A stretch of DNA of 64,000 nt, taken from positions 1 to 64,000 of IMG/VR virus record IMGVR_UViG_3300050821_002540. One strand, given 5' to 3'. Within the stretch, counting starts at the first letter, position 1, and the number at the start of each line of letters is the position of its first letter. Position numbers and translations under genes: made by a program. Positions 27,148 through 36,217 of the stretch are shown piece by piece. This stretch comes from a virus. The notes below the pieces were generated by a model. It saw only the letters and a list, made by a program, of their open reading frames with translations, did no database searches and was not told where the DNA came from.

Positions 27148-27319
27148 AACAGCCCTGGGGCCAGCTCATCAATGCCATCTTCGGTGAGTGTCTAGGCCAT
27201 ATCCAAGAAGCTGAGCAGGTCGGCCGCTGCGTCTACTGTAGACAATGCGGCCGACGGCTCTACCAGGGCACAAAAATGAACCCCATCGAGCTCTTCAATC
27301 TCAGGAAGGAATGGGGTAA

Positions 27320-27502
27320 GTGACTTACTTTGATGCTAAAGTTGAGCCTACAGATCACAGTAAGATCGGCGGGCACACCCTGATAATACATCATTACAAT
27401 CCGCAGCAAGGCCAGGCCTGGGTTGACCTCACAGACCACCAGCTCACTATGATAGCCCTGGCAATCCTAGGCCACCTAGCATCAGTCAAGGAGTTACGGT
27501 GA
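27320..27502 (+). CDS. Hypothetical protein; in-frame TTA at 27494, one codon before TGA
   Basis: 60-aa ORF coupled to the flavoprotein. Confidence 0.5.
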   Translation: MTYFDAKVEPTDHSKIGGHTLIIHHYNPQQGQAWVDLTDHQLTMIALAILGHLASVKELR

Positions 27503-28308
27503 AGGTAATCGTCATTGGGTGCGGACCCGCAGGACTCGCGGCTGCTCACGCTGCTGTAGGGCTGGGTGCAGAGGTACGTGTAATAGCACCAAAGAAGATG
27601 ACTCCGCAGAACGGTCCGGTAACGATACAGAATCCAATCCCTGGCATTTCAGTAGACCATCCTGACGGTTACATTCGCCAGCTAGTGGTCGGTGGCTCAA
27701 TACTTGACTACAGACTGAAATTGTATGGTGATGTTAACGTCAACATCAACGGTAACATCATGCGTCCCGGCTACGACGCATGGCAGGTCAGGGCTGCCTA
27801 CTACAAGATGTGGGACCTGTACTCCTGGATGGTCGAAGATGGAATGGTAGCGCCCGGAGACATTCAATGGCTAGTTCGTGATAGTGACCTGGTAGTCTGC
27901 TCAGCTCCAGCAAAAAGCCTGTGCTACCAGGATTGCGACAAGCTACTTGCCCGCGATCAGGAATGTCATGAGTTCCGGAGCGTGCCTATCGCCCTCAAGT
28001 TCAGCACAAGCTATCCGAACCAGCCGGAAAATACCGTAATATACAATGCCCGAAAGGATGAGCCATGGGTGAGGAGTAGCCTCATTTTTGGTGTGGGGGT
28101 AACCGACTACAAGGTTGAGGACTGTCCTAACCCTGACCTGATAATCCAGAAGCCACTAGGCACCGACTGTGACTGTCACCCAAAGGTGCTTCGGGTAGGC
28201 CGGTATGGCAAGTGGCACAACTTGTCATGGATCGACAGCGCATACTCAGAAACTCGCGAGTCTTTGTTGTCAATGATGCACCAGCAAGAATGGAGTTCTG
28301 TTGTCTAG
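27499..28308 (+). CDS. FAD-dependent oxidoreductase or mutase-like flavoprotein
   Basis: VIVIGCGPAGLAAA Rossmann motif; C-terminal VGRYGKW. Confidence 0.8.
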   Translation: MKVIVIGCGPAGLAAAHAAVGLGAEVRVIAPKKMTPQNGPVTIQNPIPGISVDHPDGYIRQLVVGGSILDYRLKLYGDVNVNINGNIMRPGYDAWQVRAAYYKMWDLYSWMVEDGMVAPGDIQWLVRDSDLVVCSAPAKSLCYQDCDKLLARDQECHEFRSVPIALKFSTSYPNQPENTVIYNARKDEPWVRSSLIFGVGVTDYKVEDCPNPDLIIQKPLGTDCDCHPKVLRVGRYGKWHNLSWIDSAYSETRESLLSMMHQQEWSSVV

Positions 28309-28474
28309 CCTGTATGAGGTAGAGACAATCGCAACAACAACGGAAATTGTCGAGGCTGAGTCAGAGAAGGAGGCAATAGACAAGGTAGAGGCTCGCGGCC
28401 TGACGGTAACAGGAGCCAGGAAGCTAGAGCCGCAGGACCCTGATACGCTATAATCGAGGTAGGAGGGAATCGTA

Positions 28475-29683
28475 ATGGCAACTCAGAAGCCCGATGGTAG
28501 CTGGGACATCAGCGATGAGGAAGCTCGCCAGATCAACGAAATCTCAGAAGCCGAGTCACAGCAACGTCACGATCAGTACGTGAGGAACAACATGGACGAT
28601 CCGCTCGACCTTGTATTCAGGTCGATAGTACACAACCACACGCGTAGTGATGGATGTGGCGTAAACTGCCCAATGTACCTGAAATTCAATCACGATAAGA
28701 CTCACGTCACGGGGTGCGGTCCTGGCTGTGTGTCATGGTTCTACCTATCGCCTCAAGTTGAAGAGGCAACCTTCCTGTCAGAACCTCCAGAAGAGCAGAC
28801 CAGGGAGGTGGTCAGGTGGGCGGATGAGGCAATGTTCGTTGCCAAGCCGCTTACACCAGACACAGATGGACAGCTTAGGCCGGAAGTTACAATCATTCAT
28901 ATGACGGCCGACCCGCTCCGGGTAATGGCGGCCGCAGCACAGATGTATGAGGGCGATCCCGTCTATAGCCCAAATGACATACCTCGCCGCCTAGCTGAAG
29001 AATGGCTCAGGAAGACTCTTGCCCATAATTATCCGGCACCTCTTGAATTTGTCGATATCCACTTCATGATCAGGAACGTTACCAGGGCATTTACACACCA
29101 GATGGTCCGACAGAGGCAGGCGGTGTACATTCAGGAATCGCTACGCTTCGCCGTCAAGGAGAATGCCGCAATGGAGGTTGTAATGCCTCCTAGCATCTCA
29201 CATCTGTCAATCGATGATCCACGGCGTGTAGAATGGGAGAAGGCAGTTAGGGAGATTGGTGACTCATACAATGCACTTATCAATACGGGTATTCCGGCCG
29301 AGGATGCCCGTGGCCTACTCCCTACCAACATTGGGACCAGTCTCCATTACAAGACAAACCTGCGCATGCTCCGGGAGCACTCAGGGAACCGGCTGTGCTC
29401 CCAGGCCCAGCACGAGTGGAAGCTAGTATGGGGCGAGTTCATCAAGGCCATACTCAGCTACGGCCCGGCCAGTCAGAGGTGGCAGCAGAAGCTCATCGCG
29501 AGTATGTTCAAGCCGATCTGCTACCAGACTGGCAAGTGTGAGTACCCGCTCCCAATGGGACGGTACTGCGCCATCCGTGACATGGTAGATGCCCACCACT
29601 ACGCCGGTGACACGCCTGAGTCATGGACTGACATCAACCCGCTCGTCCTCCTGCATCCAGAGGTGGCTCGTCGTGCCCAGTGA
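28475..29683 (+). CDS. thyX: ThyX-like flavin-dependent thymidylate synthase with N-terminal extension
   Basis: VTRAFTHQMVRQR...QESLRF, EDARGLLP and RLCSQAQHEW motifs. Confidence 0.8.
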   Translation: MATQKPDGSWDISDEEARQINEISEAESQQRHDQYVRNNMDDPLDLVFRSIVHNHTRSDGCGVNCPMYLKFNHDKTHVTGCGPGCVSWFYLSPQVEEATFLSEPPEEQTREVVRWADEAMFVAKPLTPDTDGQLRPEVTIIHMTADPLRVMAAAAQMYEGDPVYSPNDIPRRLAEEWLRKTLAHNYPAPLEFVDIHFMIRNVTRAFTHQMVRQRQAVYIQESLRFAVKENAAMEVVMPPSISHLSIDDPRRVEWEKAVREIGDSYNALINTGIPAEDARGLLPTNIGTSLHYKTNLRMLREHSGNRLCSQAQHEWKLVWGEFIKAILSYGPASQRWQQKLIASMFKPICYQTGKCEYPLPMGRYCAIRDMVDAHHYAGDTPESWTDINPLVLLHPEVARRAQ

Positions 29684-30398
29684 ATGTAGACTGTCATATC
29701 CACATCCATCACATACTGTTCTTGGCCCAAATCCATTTATGTGCCCTGGAATACCCTACCCGGACGCAACATCATCTAATATCCCAGTCTACTCGTGCGG
29801 CCAGGGTGCCACTCACGATAAGCACACTTACGAGAACGACGGCACCAAGTGGCTGTGTCTAGGTATTCATGAACACCCAGAACTAGATGACAGTATCATT
29901 AAGGCGCGACTCCATGTGAAGTTGTGCAATCTTGGCTATGGCCATAAGGCACACCGTTCCACCTTTGAGGGCCAGAATGTAATGTGTCCAGGTCGCGAGC
30001 ACACCATCGAGACAACGCCAGAATTCGATGAAGGAAAAATGAACACAACCCGAGATGCCGCGGCAGACTTCATGACTGAATGTGGCCTGGACCCCACTCC
30101 GGACGCTATAGGACAGCTCGCGGAAGTGTTCCTGCCATGCCTGAAGATTATGTGTGAGCGGGGGTATGACCCTGACGGCCTTACATGGAAAGCCGAGGGC
30201 TGGCGCGGCATGGTATGGAAGGCACGCGACAAGATGACGCGACTGTGGTTTCATGCCTGGGGGAATGGGAATGACCACCCAGACTCAGCAGTCGACTGCA
30301 TCAATTACCTCGGCTTCTACATAAGGCTGAGGAATGGAATCGGTAGTGAGTGGGGCGACCGTGGCGCCCCAGGAGGTGTTAGTGAAGATCTACATTGA
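29673..30398 (+). CDS. Nmad1/DUF1599-like all-alpha protein with three N-terminal Cys/His repeats
   Basis: W...GWRGM....DKMTRL...DSAVDCINY; C-x5-H-x2-H...C-x-G three times. Confidence 0.65.
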   Translation: MPSECRLSYPHPSHTVLGPNPFMCPGIPYPDATSSNIPVYSCGQGATHDKHTYENDGTKWLCLGIHEHPELDDSIIKARLHVKLCNLGYGHKAHRSTFEGQNVMCPGREHTIETTPEFDEGKMNTTRDAAADFMTECGLDPTPDAIGQLAEVFLPCLKIMCERGYDPDGLTWKAEGWRGMVWKARDKMTRLWFHAWGNGNDHPDSAVDCINYLGFYIRLRNGIGSEWGDRGAPGGVSEDLH

Positions 30399-30487
30399 CC
30401 TGGATGATCAGTGGGTCGGTAGGTACCGTGGGCCAAACCATAACTATGTATGTATTATACCGTGCATAGTCATAAGGTGGAAGAGGC

Positions 30488-31423
30488 GTGTCGACAAGAA
30501 TTAGGTTCGTCAACTTGCACCACCACACCACGTTCAGTACCGGTGATGGGTACCGTCTTCCTGTGATACATGTGGCCCGTGCAGCTGAGCTTGGGTACGG
30601 GGCGGCTACTGTCACCGAGCACGGAAATGTAAGCAGCTTCTTTCAGCACGAGAAGGCATGTCTGAAGGCAGGCATCAAGCCCATCTTTGGACTGGAGGCA
30701 TACTGTGGACCTGTTGATCTTGAACGACGGTCGGCCTGGAAATATCACCTCACCATCCTGGCCAGTGATCAGGAGGGATATCGAAGCCTCAATAAGATCG
30801 TCACACAGAGTTACAAGGACTTCTATAGCAAGCCTACGGTTTCAGGACAGTCGCTGGCAACAAACTCGCGAGGATTGGTTGCTCTTTCAGGATGTAGCGG
30901 CTCTCTGCTCGCGTGTACCCTCCTTGGAGGAAAGGGTATTCCTGAACCTGAAGAGCCTGATATGGGAGCTGCCGAGGATGTCGCCCGGAGATTCTCCGAT
31001 CTGTTCGGAGATCGTTATTTCCTTGAAATACAGCCCTTCTATGAGCTTGAGCGAACTATCGCAATCAACACTGCATACGATAAGCTCTCCAAGACCACCG
31101 GAGTCCGGCTCGTCGTTACGAATGACGTTCACTACCCACGGATGGAGGATGCTGAAATGCAGGCTGTACTTCACGCCACCCACCGAGGAAAGCATAGCGT
31201 GGATGACGTCATGCGCGAGTGGAACTACAAGGTGCCATGTACCCTACCCGAGTCAGACAAGGCACTGGCTGACCGACTCATCAAGACTGGCCTTACCAAG
31301 TACCAGGCTTATGCTGCTATCGAGACAAGCGCAGAGATAGCCGAGACCTGTAACGTAACTCTCCCAAAGGCAGAGCGCCTCCACTACCCAATATCAGAAG
31401 AGGATCAGGAGTCATGGACATAA
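30488..31423 (+). CDS. dnaE: DNA polymerase III alpha (DnaE) N-terminal PHP domain
   Basis: LHHHTTFSTGDG, TEHGN, IKPIFGLEAY, HLTILA, SGC and TNDVHY. Confidence 0.9.
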   Translation: MSTRIRFVNLHHHTTFSTGDGYRLPVIHVARAAELGYGAATVTEHGNVSSFFQHEKACLKAGIKPIFGLEAYCGPVDLERRSAWKYHLTILASDQEGYRSLNKIVTQSYKDFYSKPTVSGQSLATNSRGLVALSGCSGSLLACTLLGGKGIPEPEEPDMGAAEDVARRFSDLFGDRYFLEIQPFYELERTIAINTAYDKLSKTTGVRLVVTNDVHYPRMEDAEMQAVLHATHRGKHSVDDVMREWNYKVPCTLPESDKALADRLIKTGLTKYQAYAAIETSAEIAETCNVTLPKAERLHYPISEEDQESWT

Positions 31424-31764
31424 GCGGGATGATAGAGGCGATTAAGGAAATTGATGACTGGCTCGACAATGGAGCGAGTAGCGAGTATAAGGAACAGCCA
31501 CTAGCTCAGGACTGGGCCAGGATAAGTAAGCTGGCTGAAGAGGTAGGTGAGGCAATATCAGAATTTATACTGGCTACCGGACAGAACCCACGTAAGGGCA
31601 AGGACCTGCTAGCTGAGGAACGTATGCTTCTTGAGATGGCTGACGTTGTATGGGGAGGGGTACTGTGCATACAACACTTCACCAAGAACTGGTGGAGAAC
31701 AGAAGATATACTCAGGGGGAAGCTCGAAGCACTACATGCACGGGTGCCAGATGAAGAAGCCTGA
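31414..31764 (+). CDS. MazG-like nucleotide pyrophosphohydrolase
   Basis: KLAEEVGEA...GQNPRKG...EMADV. Confidence 0.8.
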   Translation: MDISGMIEAIKEIDDWLDNGASSEYKEQPLAQDWARISKLAEEVGEAISEFILATGQNPRKGKDLLAEERMLLEMADVVWGGVLCIQHFTKNWWRTEDILRGKLEALHARVPDEEA

Positions 31765-31900
31765 CTACCTTACCTGGCTAGAGATCAGGAATTTCCTCTT
31801 CTGGGCTGGACTACTGGCATTCATGTTTTCTGCTGCAGCCGTCGCTCTCCTGTTCATGGATGAGGTACTCTACGGGATAGCGAACTGGTACTATGGATAG
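31751..31900 (+). CDS. Small membrane protein
   Basis: Single hydrophobic helix; overlaps both neighbours. Confidence 0.5.
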   Translation: MKKPDYLTWLEIRNFLFWAGLLAFMFSAAAVALLFMDEVLYGIANWYYG

Positions 31901-34154
31901 CAAGGAGCTTCTATGGCACTGGTGCCGCGAGGGCTGGCGGTTCAGGAAGATCGCACAGCGCCCTAAGCAGCAACAAGACTGGTATGCTGAGCGGGTTAAG
32001 TATGAGATGAACCTCATACTTGAGAAGGGGTTTGCTGACTACTTCCTGATGGTGTCGGATGCTATCAGGTGGGGAAAGGACAATGGTGTTGCCTTCGGGC
32101 CGGGACGTGGTTCAGTTGCTGCCTCGAATGTCGCCTGGCTGATAAGGATCACGGAGATTGATCCGGAACGTCACCGTGATATGATTTTTGAAAGGTTCAT
32201 TGATGTCTCACGAGCAGACCCGCCAGACATCGACATCGACTGCTCCGATGAAGACCGATGGAAGATCAAGGAGTACCTTTCCGACAAGTACGGCGCAGCG
32301 TGTGTGGGTCAGATTGCGAACTACGTCAGGTACAGGGGGAAGAACAGCCTGGGTGACGTTGCGCGTGTTTATGGAATACCAATATCAGCAAAGGAGGTGG
32401 TGTCTAACCTGGTCATCGAAAGGTCGGGCGGTGACTCCCGGTTTGATGCCACGCTTGAGGACACATTTGAGTTCTTCCCGGCTGCGGCCGATATGCTCAA
32501 GGCTTACCCCAAATTCGCGCAGGCACCTCGTCTTGAAGGTGACATCCGGGGCATGTCAGTACACGCGGCTGGCCTCGTAATTTCCAGTACGCCACTAACT
32601 GATATCTGTGCTGTGTACGAGCGCGACGGCGTGCGCTGTGTTAGCTTCGACAAGTACGATGCTGAGTACCTCAATGTACTCAAGCTAGACTTCCTTGGCC
32701 TTACAACCATGGGTATGATTGCCCGCTGCCTGGAGCTAGCCGGGCTTACACTGGAGGATCTGTATGCTATTCCGGACACGGACCAGGAAACCATTGACCT
32801 CTTTCGACGAGGTGACGTCACTGGAGTGTTCCAGTTTGAGGGTCGAGCTACCCGAATTGTCAATAGAGATGTTTGTCCTGATAACTTCGCACACATTGCC
32901 GATATCAACGCTCTCTCCAGGCCTGGTCCTCTTTTCTCCGGCCAGACCGCTGAGTACGTCTCAGTGCGACACGGACGTGGACGGCCTACTCGAATGCACC
33001 CGCTGGTGGATGAGATCACGAATAGAACTTATGGCCAGATCATCTACCAGGAACAGATTCTGAGAATCCTTCGCGAGATGGGGGGATTTGACTGGTTCTC
33101 GGTAGGAGAGATCCGGCGAATCATATCCAAGAAACTCGGTGAGGCTGCCTTTCAGATGAGTTCCGAGAAGTTCGCGGAAGGGGCCGAGCGGCTTCACGGC
33201 ATCAATAGGGAGATGAGCGACAAGATATGGAAACGCCTTGTTACAAGTGGTACCTACTCGTTCAACATCGCCCATGCAATCTCCTACTCTACCCTAGCAT
33301 TCTGGACTGCGTGGCTAAAAACTCATCACCAGACGGAGTTCTATGCGGCCTCACTGGCGAAAGCCTCAGGGGATCAGGAGGCACAGTTCCGTCTGATGAA
33401 GGATGCCCTTGGGCACGGACATTCAGTGGTGCCGCCTATCCTAAACGCCAGTCACAGTACGTGGCATTCTGTTCCGCATCTGGGGATTGTTGCTGGCTGG
33501 CAGCAAGTACCGGGGATAGGAGCAAAGACAGCCGACCGGATTGATGAGCTTCGCTGGGGGCCGGATGGCAAAAAGTTTAACAGCTGGGATGACCTTCAGA
33601 AGGTACCAGGAATCGGCCCGAAGACAGTAGAGAGTATGGAGATGTTCGCTACGGCTCATGACCCGTTCGGACTGCTGAAGACCGGACAGAAGATGACCAA
33701 GGTAAAAAAGTGGATACGGTCGAGAGATAACATAACGCACTGCCCATTTCCAACTCATGATGGTGCTGGCCTGTCCGTCATCCAGATGCCGGAGATAGAC
33801 AGGACAAAGAAGTTCCAGAAGGGCCCAAGAGTCATATACTGCGGCATAGTAAAAGCTCGCGAGTATAAGGACATTGTTGAGGACACACGCTCGCGTACTG
33901 GCCAGGAGGTAGAGGAAATCCTGGCAAACCTGAAGCGTTCAGACCTTATCAAGACATGCTCAATCAGGTGTTTCGACACAACTGAGGAAGAGGTTTACGT
34001 CAGGGTCAACCGCTGGGTTTTCCCAAGGCTAAAGAGTAAGATAGACTCGATAGCGGTAGGACACGACGTTATCGTTGTCGAGGGGAACCGCATCTCAGGC
34101 TTCGGCACTCCAGTAATGGCCGAGAAGATATGGGTGATCAATCCAGATGACTGA
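31893..34154 (+). CDS. dnaE: DNA polymerase III alpha (DnaE) catalytic part
   Basis: GPGRGS, FERF...PPDIDID, HAAG, KLDFLGL, GVFQFEG, RPGP, YQEQ and YSFN.AHA.SY. Confidence 0.95.
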   Translation: MDSKELLWHWCREGWRFRKIAQRPKQQQDWYAERVKYEMNLILEKGFADYFLMVSDAIRWGKDNGVAFGPGRGSVAASNVAWLIRITEIDPERHRDMIFERFIDVSRADPPDIDIDCSDEDRWKIKEYLSDKYGAACVGQIANYVRYRGKNSLGDVARVYGIPISAKEVVSNLVIERSGGDSRFDATLEDTFEFFPAAADMLKAYPKFAQAPRLEGDIRGMSVHAAGLVISSTPLTDICAVYERDGVRCVSFDKYDAEYLNVLKLDFLGLTTMGMIARCLELAGLTLEDLYAIPDTDQETIDLFRRGDVTGVFQFEGRATRIVNRDVCPDNFAHIADINALSRPGPLFSGQTAEYVSVRHGRGRPTRMHPLVDEITNRTYGQIIYQEQILRILREMGGFDWFSVGEIRRIISKKLGEAAFQMSSEKFAEGAERLHGINREMSDKIWKRLVTSGTYSFNIAHAISYSTLAFWTAWLKTHHQTEFYAASLAKASGDQEAQFRLMKDALGHGHSVVPPILNASHSTWHSVPHLGIVAGWQQVPGIGAKTADRIDELRWGPDGKKFNSWDDLQKVPGIGPKTVESMEMFATAHDPFGLLKTGQKMTKVKKWIRSRDNITHCPFPTHDGAGLSVIQMPEIDRTKKFQKGPRVIYCGIVKAREYKDIVEDTRSRTGQEVEEILANLKRSDLIKTCSIRCFDTTEEEVYVRVNRWVFPRLKSKIDSIAVGHDVIVVEGNRISGFGTPVMAEKIWVINPDD

Positions 34155-34353
34155 TTCACTTATAATTCGCCGGGCTTTTCGGGCCGGTCTATGTCCATGC
34201 TGTTTCTCCCCTCTCTTTGGCTGGACAGCACAGGACGGTACCGAATATGAGCCAGCTCCAATAGCAGAGGGCGTCATGCTCTGCGGAAGATGCATCGGGA
34301 ACAGGCACCAGGATGAGGCAGCAGAGACAGTCCTCAAGGCACTAGCAGAGTAG
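34147..34353 (+). CDS. Small Cys-rich protein
   Basis: CPCC...CGRC; overlaps the dnaE end. Confidence 0.55.
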   Translation: MTDSLIIRRAFRAGLCPCCFSPLFGWTAQDGTEYEPAPIAEGVMLCGRCIGNRHQDEAAETVLKALAE

Positions 34354-34486
34354 GGGTAATGTGGTACAATATAGCATACTGGATGTGGTTCCAGGTTCAT
34401 TGGTGGACCATGATCATAGTACCGGCAGCCATATTCCTGTCAGCATTCACAGTAGCACTAGTCAAGGCACTAGCAAGGAGATTCAT

Positions 34487-34708
34487 GTGAAGATAGAAGT
34501 CAAGTTCACGTCAGAGCCTACGGACCCTCCAGAGTGGACTGGCCTTGATGGCAAGACACTTACGGCTGAGTGCGTTGATAGGCTTAACATAAACACATCG
34601 ACAGACTCAATCGAATGGGCAGAAAACACAGTATGTCACAGAGAGCCGCTCACTACCGGAGAAATGAAAGTTATATCTCACGGACTTAGAGCGGTATGGA
34701 GTGAATGA
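34487..34708 (+). CDS. Hypothetical protein
   Basis: AAGGAG RBS before GTG. Confidence 0.5.
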   Translation: MKIEVKFTSEPTDPPEWTGLDGKTLTAECVDRLNINTSTDSIEWAENTVCHREPLTTGEMKVISHGLRAVWSE

Positions 34709-34784
34709 TGATGACATCAGTATGTATTAAATGCGGGGCCGTCTACTGGACTAAAGACGGACACTCATGCAGCAAGGTGAAGTC

Positions 34785-35030
34785 ATGATTACGCCAGAGC
34801 AGATCAAGTCGGCGGAAGAGAAGTATGGCATCAAGGTTCCCGCCAGGGGCGAGCCAATCCTGGCTCGTCACAAGGACGGCGGGAACGTATTCTCAGGCAC
34901 AGTAGGCACTGTAGGGATGAGCTTTATCAGTTTGGGAATGGAAATATTCATCGAGATAGAGACAGCAAGCGGAACCAACACGGTAATCTTTCCGGCACTA
35001 GGCGACAAGTTCAAGATCTGGGAGTCATGA
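34785..35030 (+). CDS. Hypothetical protein
   Basis: AGGTGA RBS; coupled. Confidence 0.55.
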   Translation: MITPEQIKSAEEKYGIKVPARGEPILARHKDGGNVFSGTVGTVGMSFISLGMEIFIEIETASGTNTVIFPALGDKFKIWES

Positions 35031-35386
35031 TGAAGCTTTACCTGGCAGGACCGATGCGCGGCTACAAGAACCAGAACAGGGAGGCATTCGAGACAGCATG
35101 CGCAAAGCTTCGCGACATGCAGCATGAGGTGTTTAATCCGGTCGAGCTAGAAGACAGGCTTAGGTCGGTATGGTCAAAGAAGCCAATACTCCGCGAGCTC
35201 ATGGGCATGGACTGCAAGTACATCTGTGAGGAAGCGGAGGGGGTAGTGTGCCTACCAGGATGGCCAGGATCAAATGGAGCACTAGCCGAGGTTCATCTGG
35301 CATGGGCAATCGGCATACCAGTGTATGAGTATGAGATGTTCTCCACCAACAGGATCAGGGAAGTTAAGGGTGTCCCTAATGGCTGA
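35027..35386 (+). CDS. DUF4406 / nucleoside deoxyribosyltransferase-like protein
   Basis: YLAGPMRG...F...VFNP...LPGW..SNGALAE. Confidence 0.8.
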   Translation: MMKLYLAGPMRGYKNQNREAFETACAKLRDMQHEVFNPVELEDRLRSVWSKKPILRELMGMDCKYICEEAEGVVCLPGWPGSNGALAEVHLAWAIGIPVYEYEMFSTNRIREVKGVPNG

Positions 35387-35600
35387 CAGGAAAAGGCTAC
35401 TGGAGAACGGGGAATGGGCAACTCCCTTCTACTCCACCGGCCGCGTCGATGTGGTGTCAGGGGAAGTATACAATGATATGAAAGAGTCGGCCAGGTCAAT
35501 GAAGCTTGGTCTTACAGAACCAATAGTTGAGGAGGGCGAAAAGGACGGACACAGAGGCCGGATCATAACGGTGAGATGTGGGGTGCTTGATGATAGCTGA
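35379..35600 (+). CDS. Hypothetical protein
   Basis: Coupled ORF. Confidence 0.5.
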   Translation: MADRKRLLENGEWATPFYSTGRVDVVSGEVYNDMKESARSMKLGLTEPIVEEGEKDGHRGRIITVRCGVLDDS

Positions 35601-35808
35601 GAAGCAGCTTGTCGGCGATGCAGACTACATGGATGTGACAACCTTTGCCCTCCATATGACCCACCGGCACCTTGACTCACTTGGAGGGCTTACGCGACTT
35701 TCTGACAGGCTTGATGACTATATGGAAGAGTGCTGGCGAATCTTCCATGACCGGCTACACGCAACCCGAGTTGACCTGGAGCATGAGCATGCGCGTAATG
35801 ATAGCTAG
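35590..35808 (+). CDS. Small His-rich protein; paralog of 26106 gene
   Basis: DADYM..F.LHM.HRH...FHDRLH. Confidence 0.6.
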   Translation: MIAEKQLVGDADYMDVTTFALHMTHRHLDSLGGLTRLSDRLDDYMEECWRIFHDRLHATRVDLEHEHARNDS

Positions 35809-36046
35809 CGTTATACTGAACGTACCAAATGCAATGACCGAGTCAAATGTAATCGAGGAACTGTATGTATCGATTGCATTCGGGAACCCAAAGATAGTGA
35901 TTCAGTACGTCGGGGAGGATGACTCCGGTCCAGCGGTCTAGGATCGATTCTAAGGCTCTGTGCCCCCGGAGGGTATACCGGAGTACCCCCGACCCCCTTT
36001 CATGGCCTCTACGGCTCTCTCCGGGCCGTGCATAGGTTTGCACTAA

Positions 36047-36078
36047 GCTCCCCTACCGGCGAACCGGCCGGTAGGGAG
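36047..36078 (+). terminator. GC-rich hairpin ending the replication operon
   Basis: CCCTACCGGC/GCCGGTAGGG stem. Confidence 0.5.
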
Positions 36079-36083
36079 TGATT

Positions 36084-36145
36084 ATAACGGCCAGATAACG
36101 ATATTCGTTACCGTCTAGTAACCGGCCCCCTGCGGGGAGTAGCGT
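36084..36145 (+). promoter_or_regulatory. Tandem RTAAC/GTNAC repeats (MtrA/GlnR-type boxes) overlapping the Rpf operon promoter
   Basis: ATAAC-N6-ATAAC-N7-GTTAC-N6-GTAAC, then a candidate -10 TAGCGT at 36140-36145. Confidence 0.5.
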
Positions 36146-36217
36146 CGTTCGGGCTAGGCGACTACGGCCCCTCATGTACCAGCCGGGGCCGGTCGCACCT
36201 ACAATGTTAGGACACCA

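Noticed and set aside
31423-31893. Split intein or intron in dnaE
   Set aside because: No intein terminal residues or homing endonuclease; the gap holds two ordinary coupled genes.
27499-35386. 7-deazaguanine, Z-base or diversity-generating retroelement systems
   Set aside because: No DpdA/Que, PurZ or reverse transcriptase motifs were recognised in this window.
36146-36217. c-di-AMP (ydaO) riboswitch before the Rpf-like gene
   Set aside because: The leader is short and shows only a simple hairpin; no recognisable riboswitch motifs.
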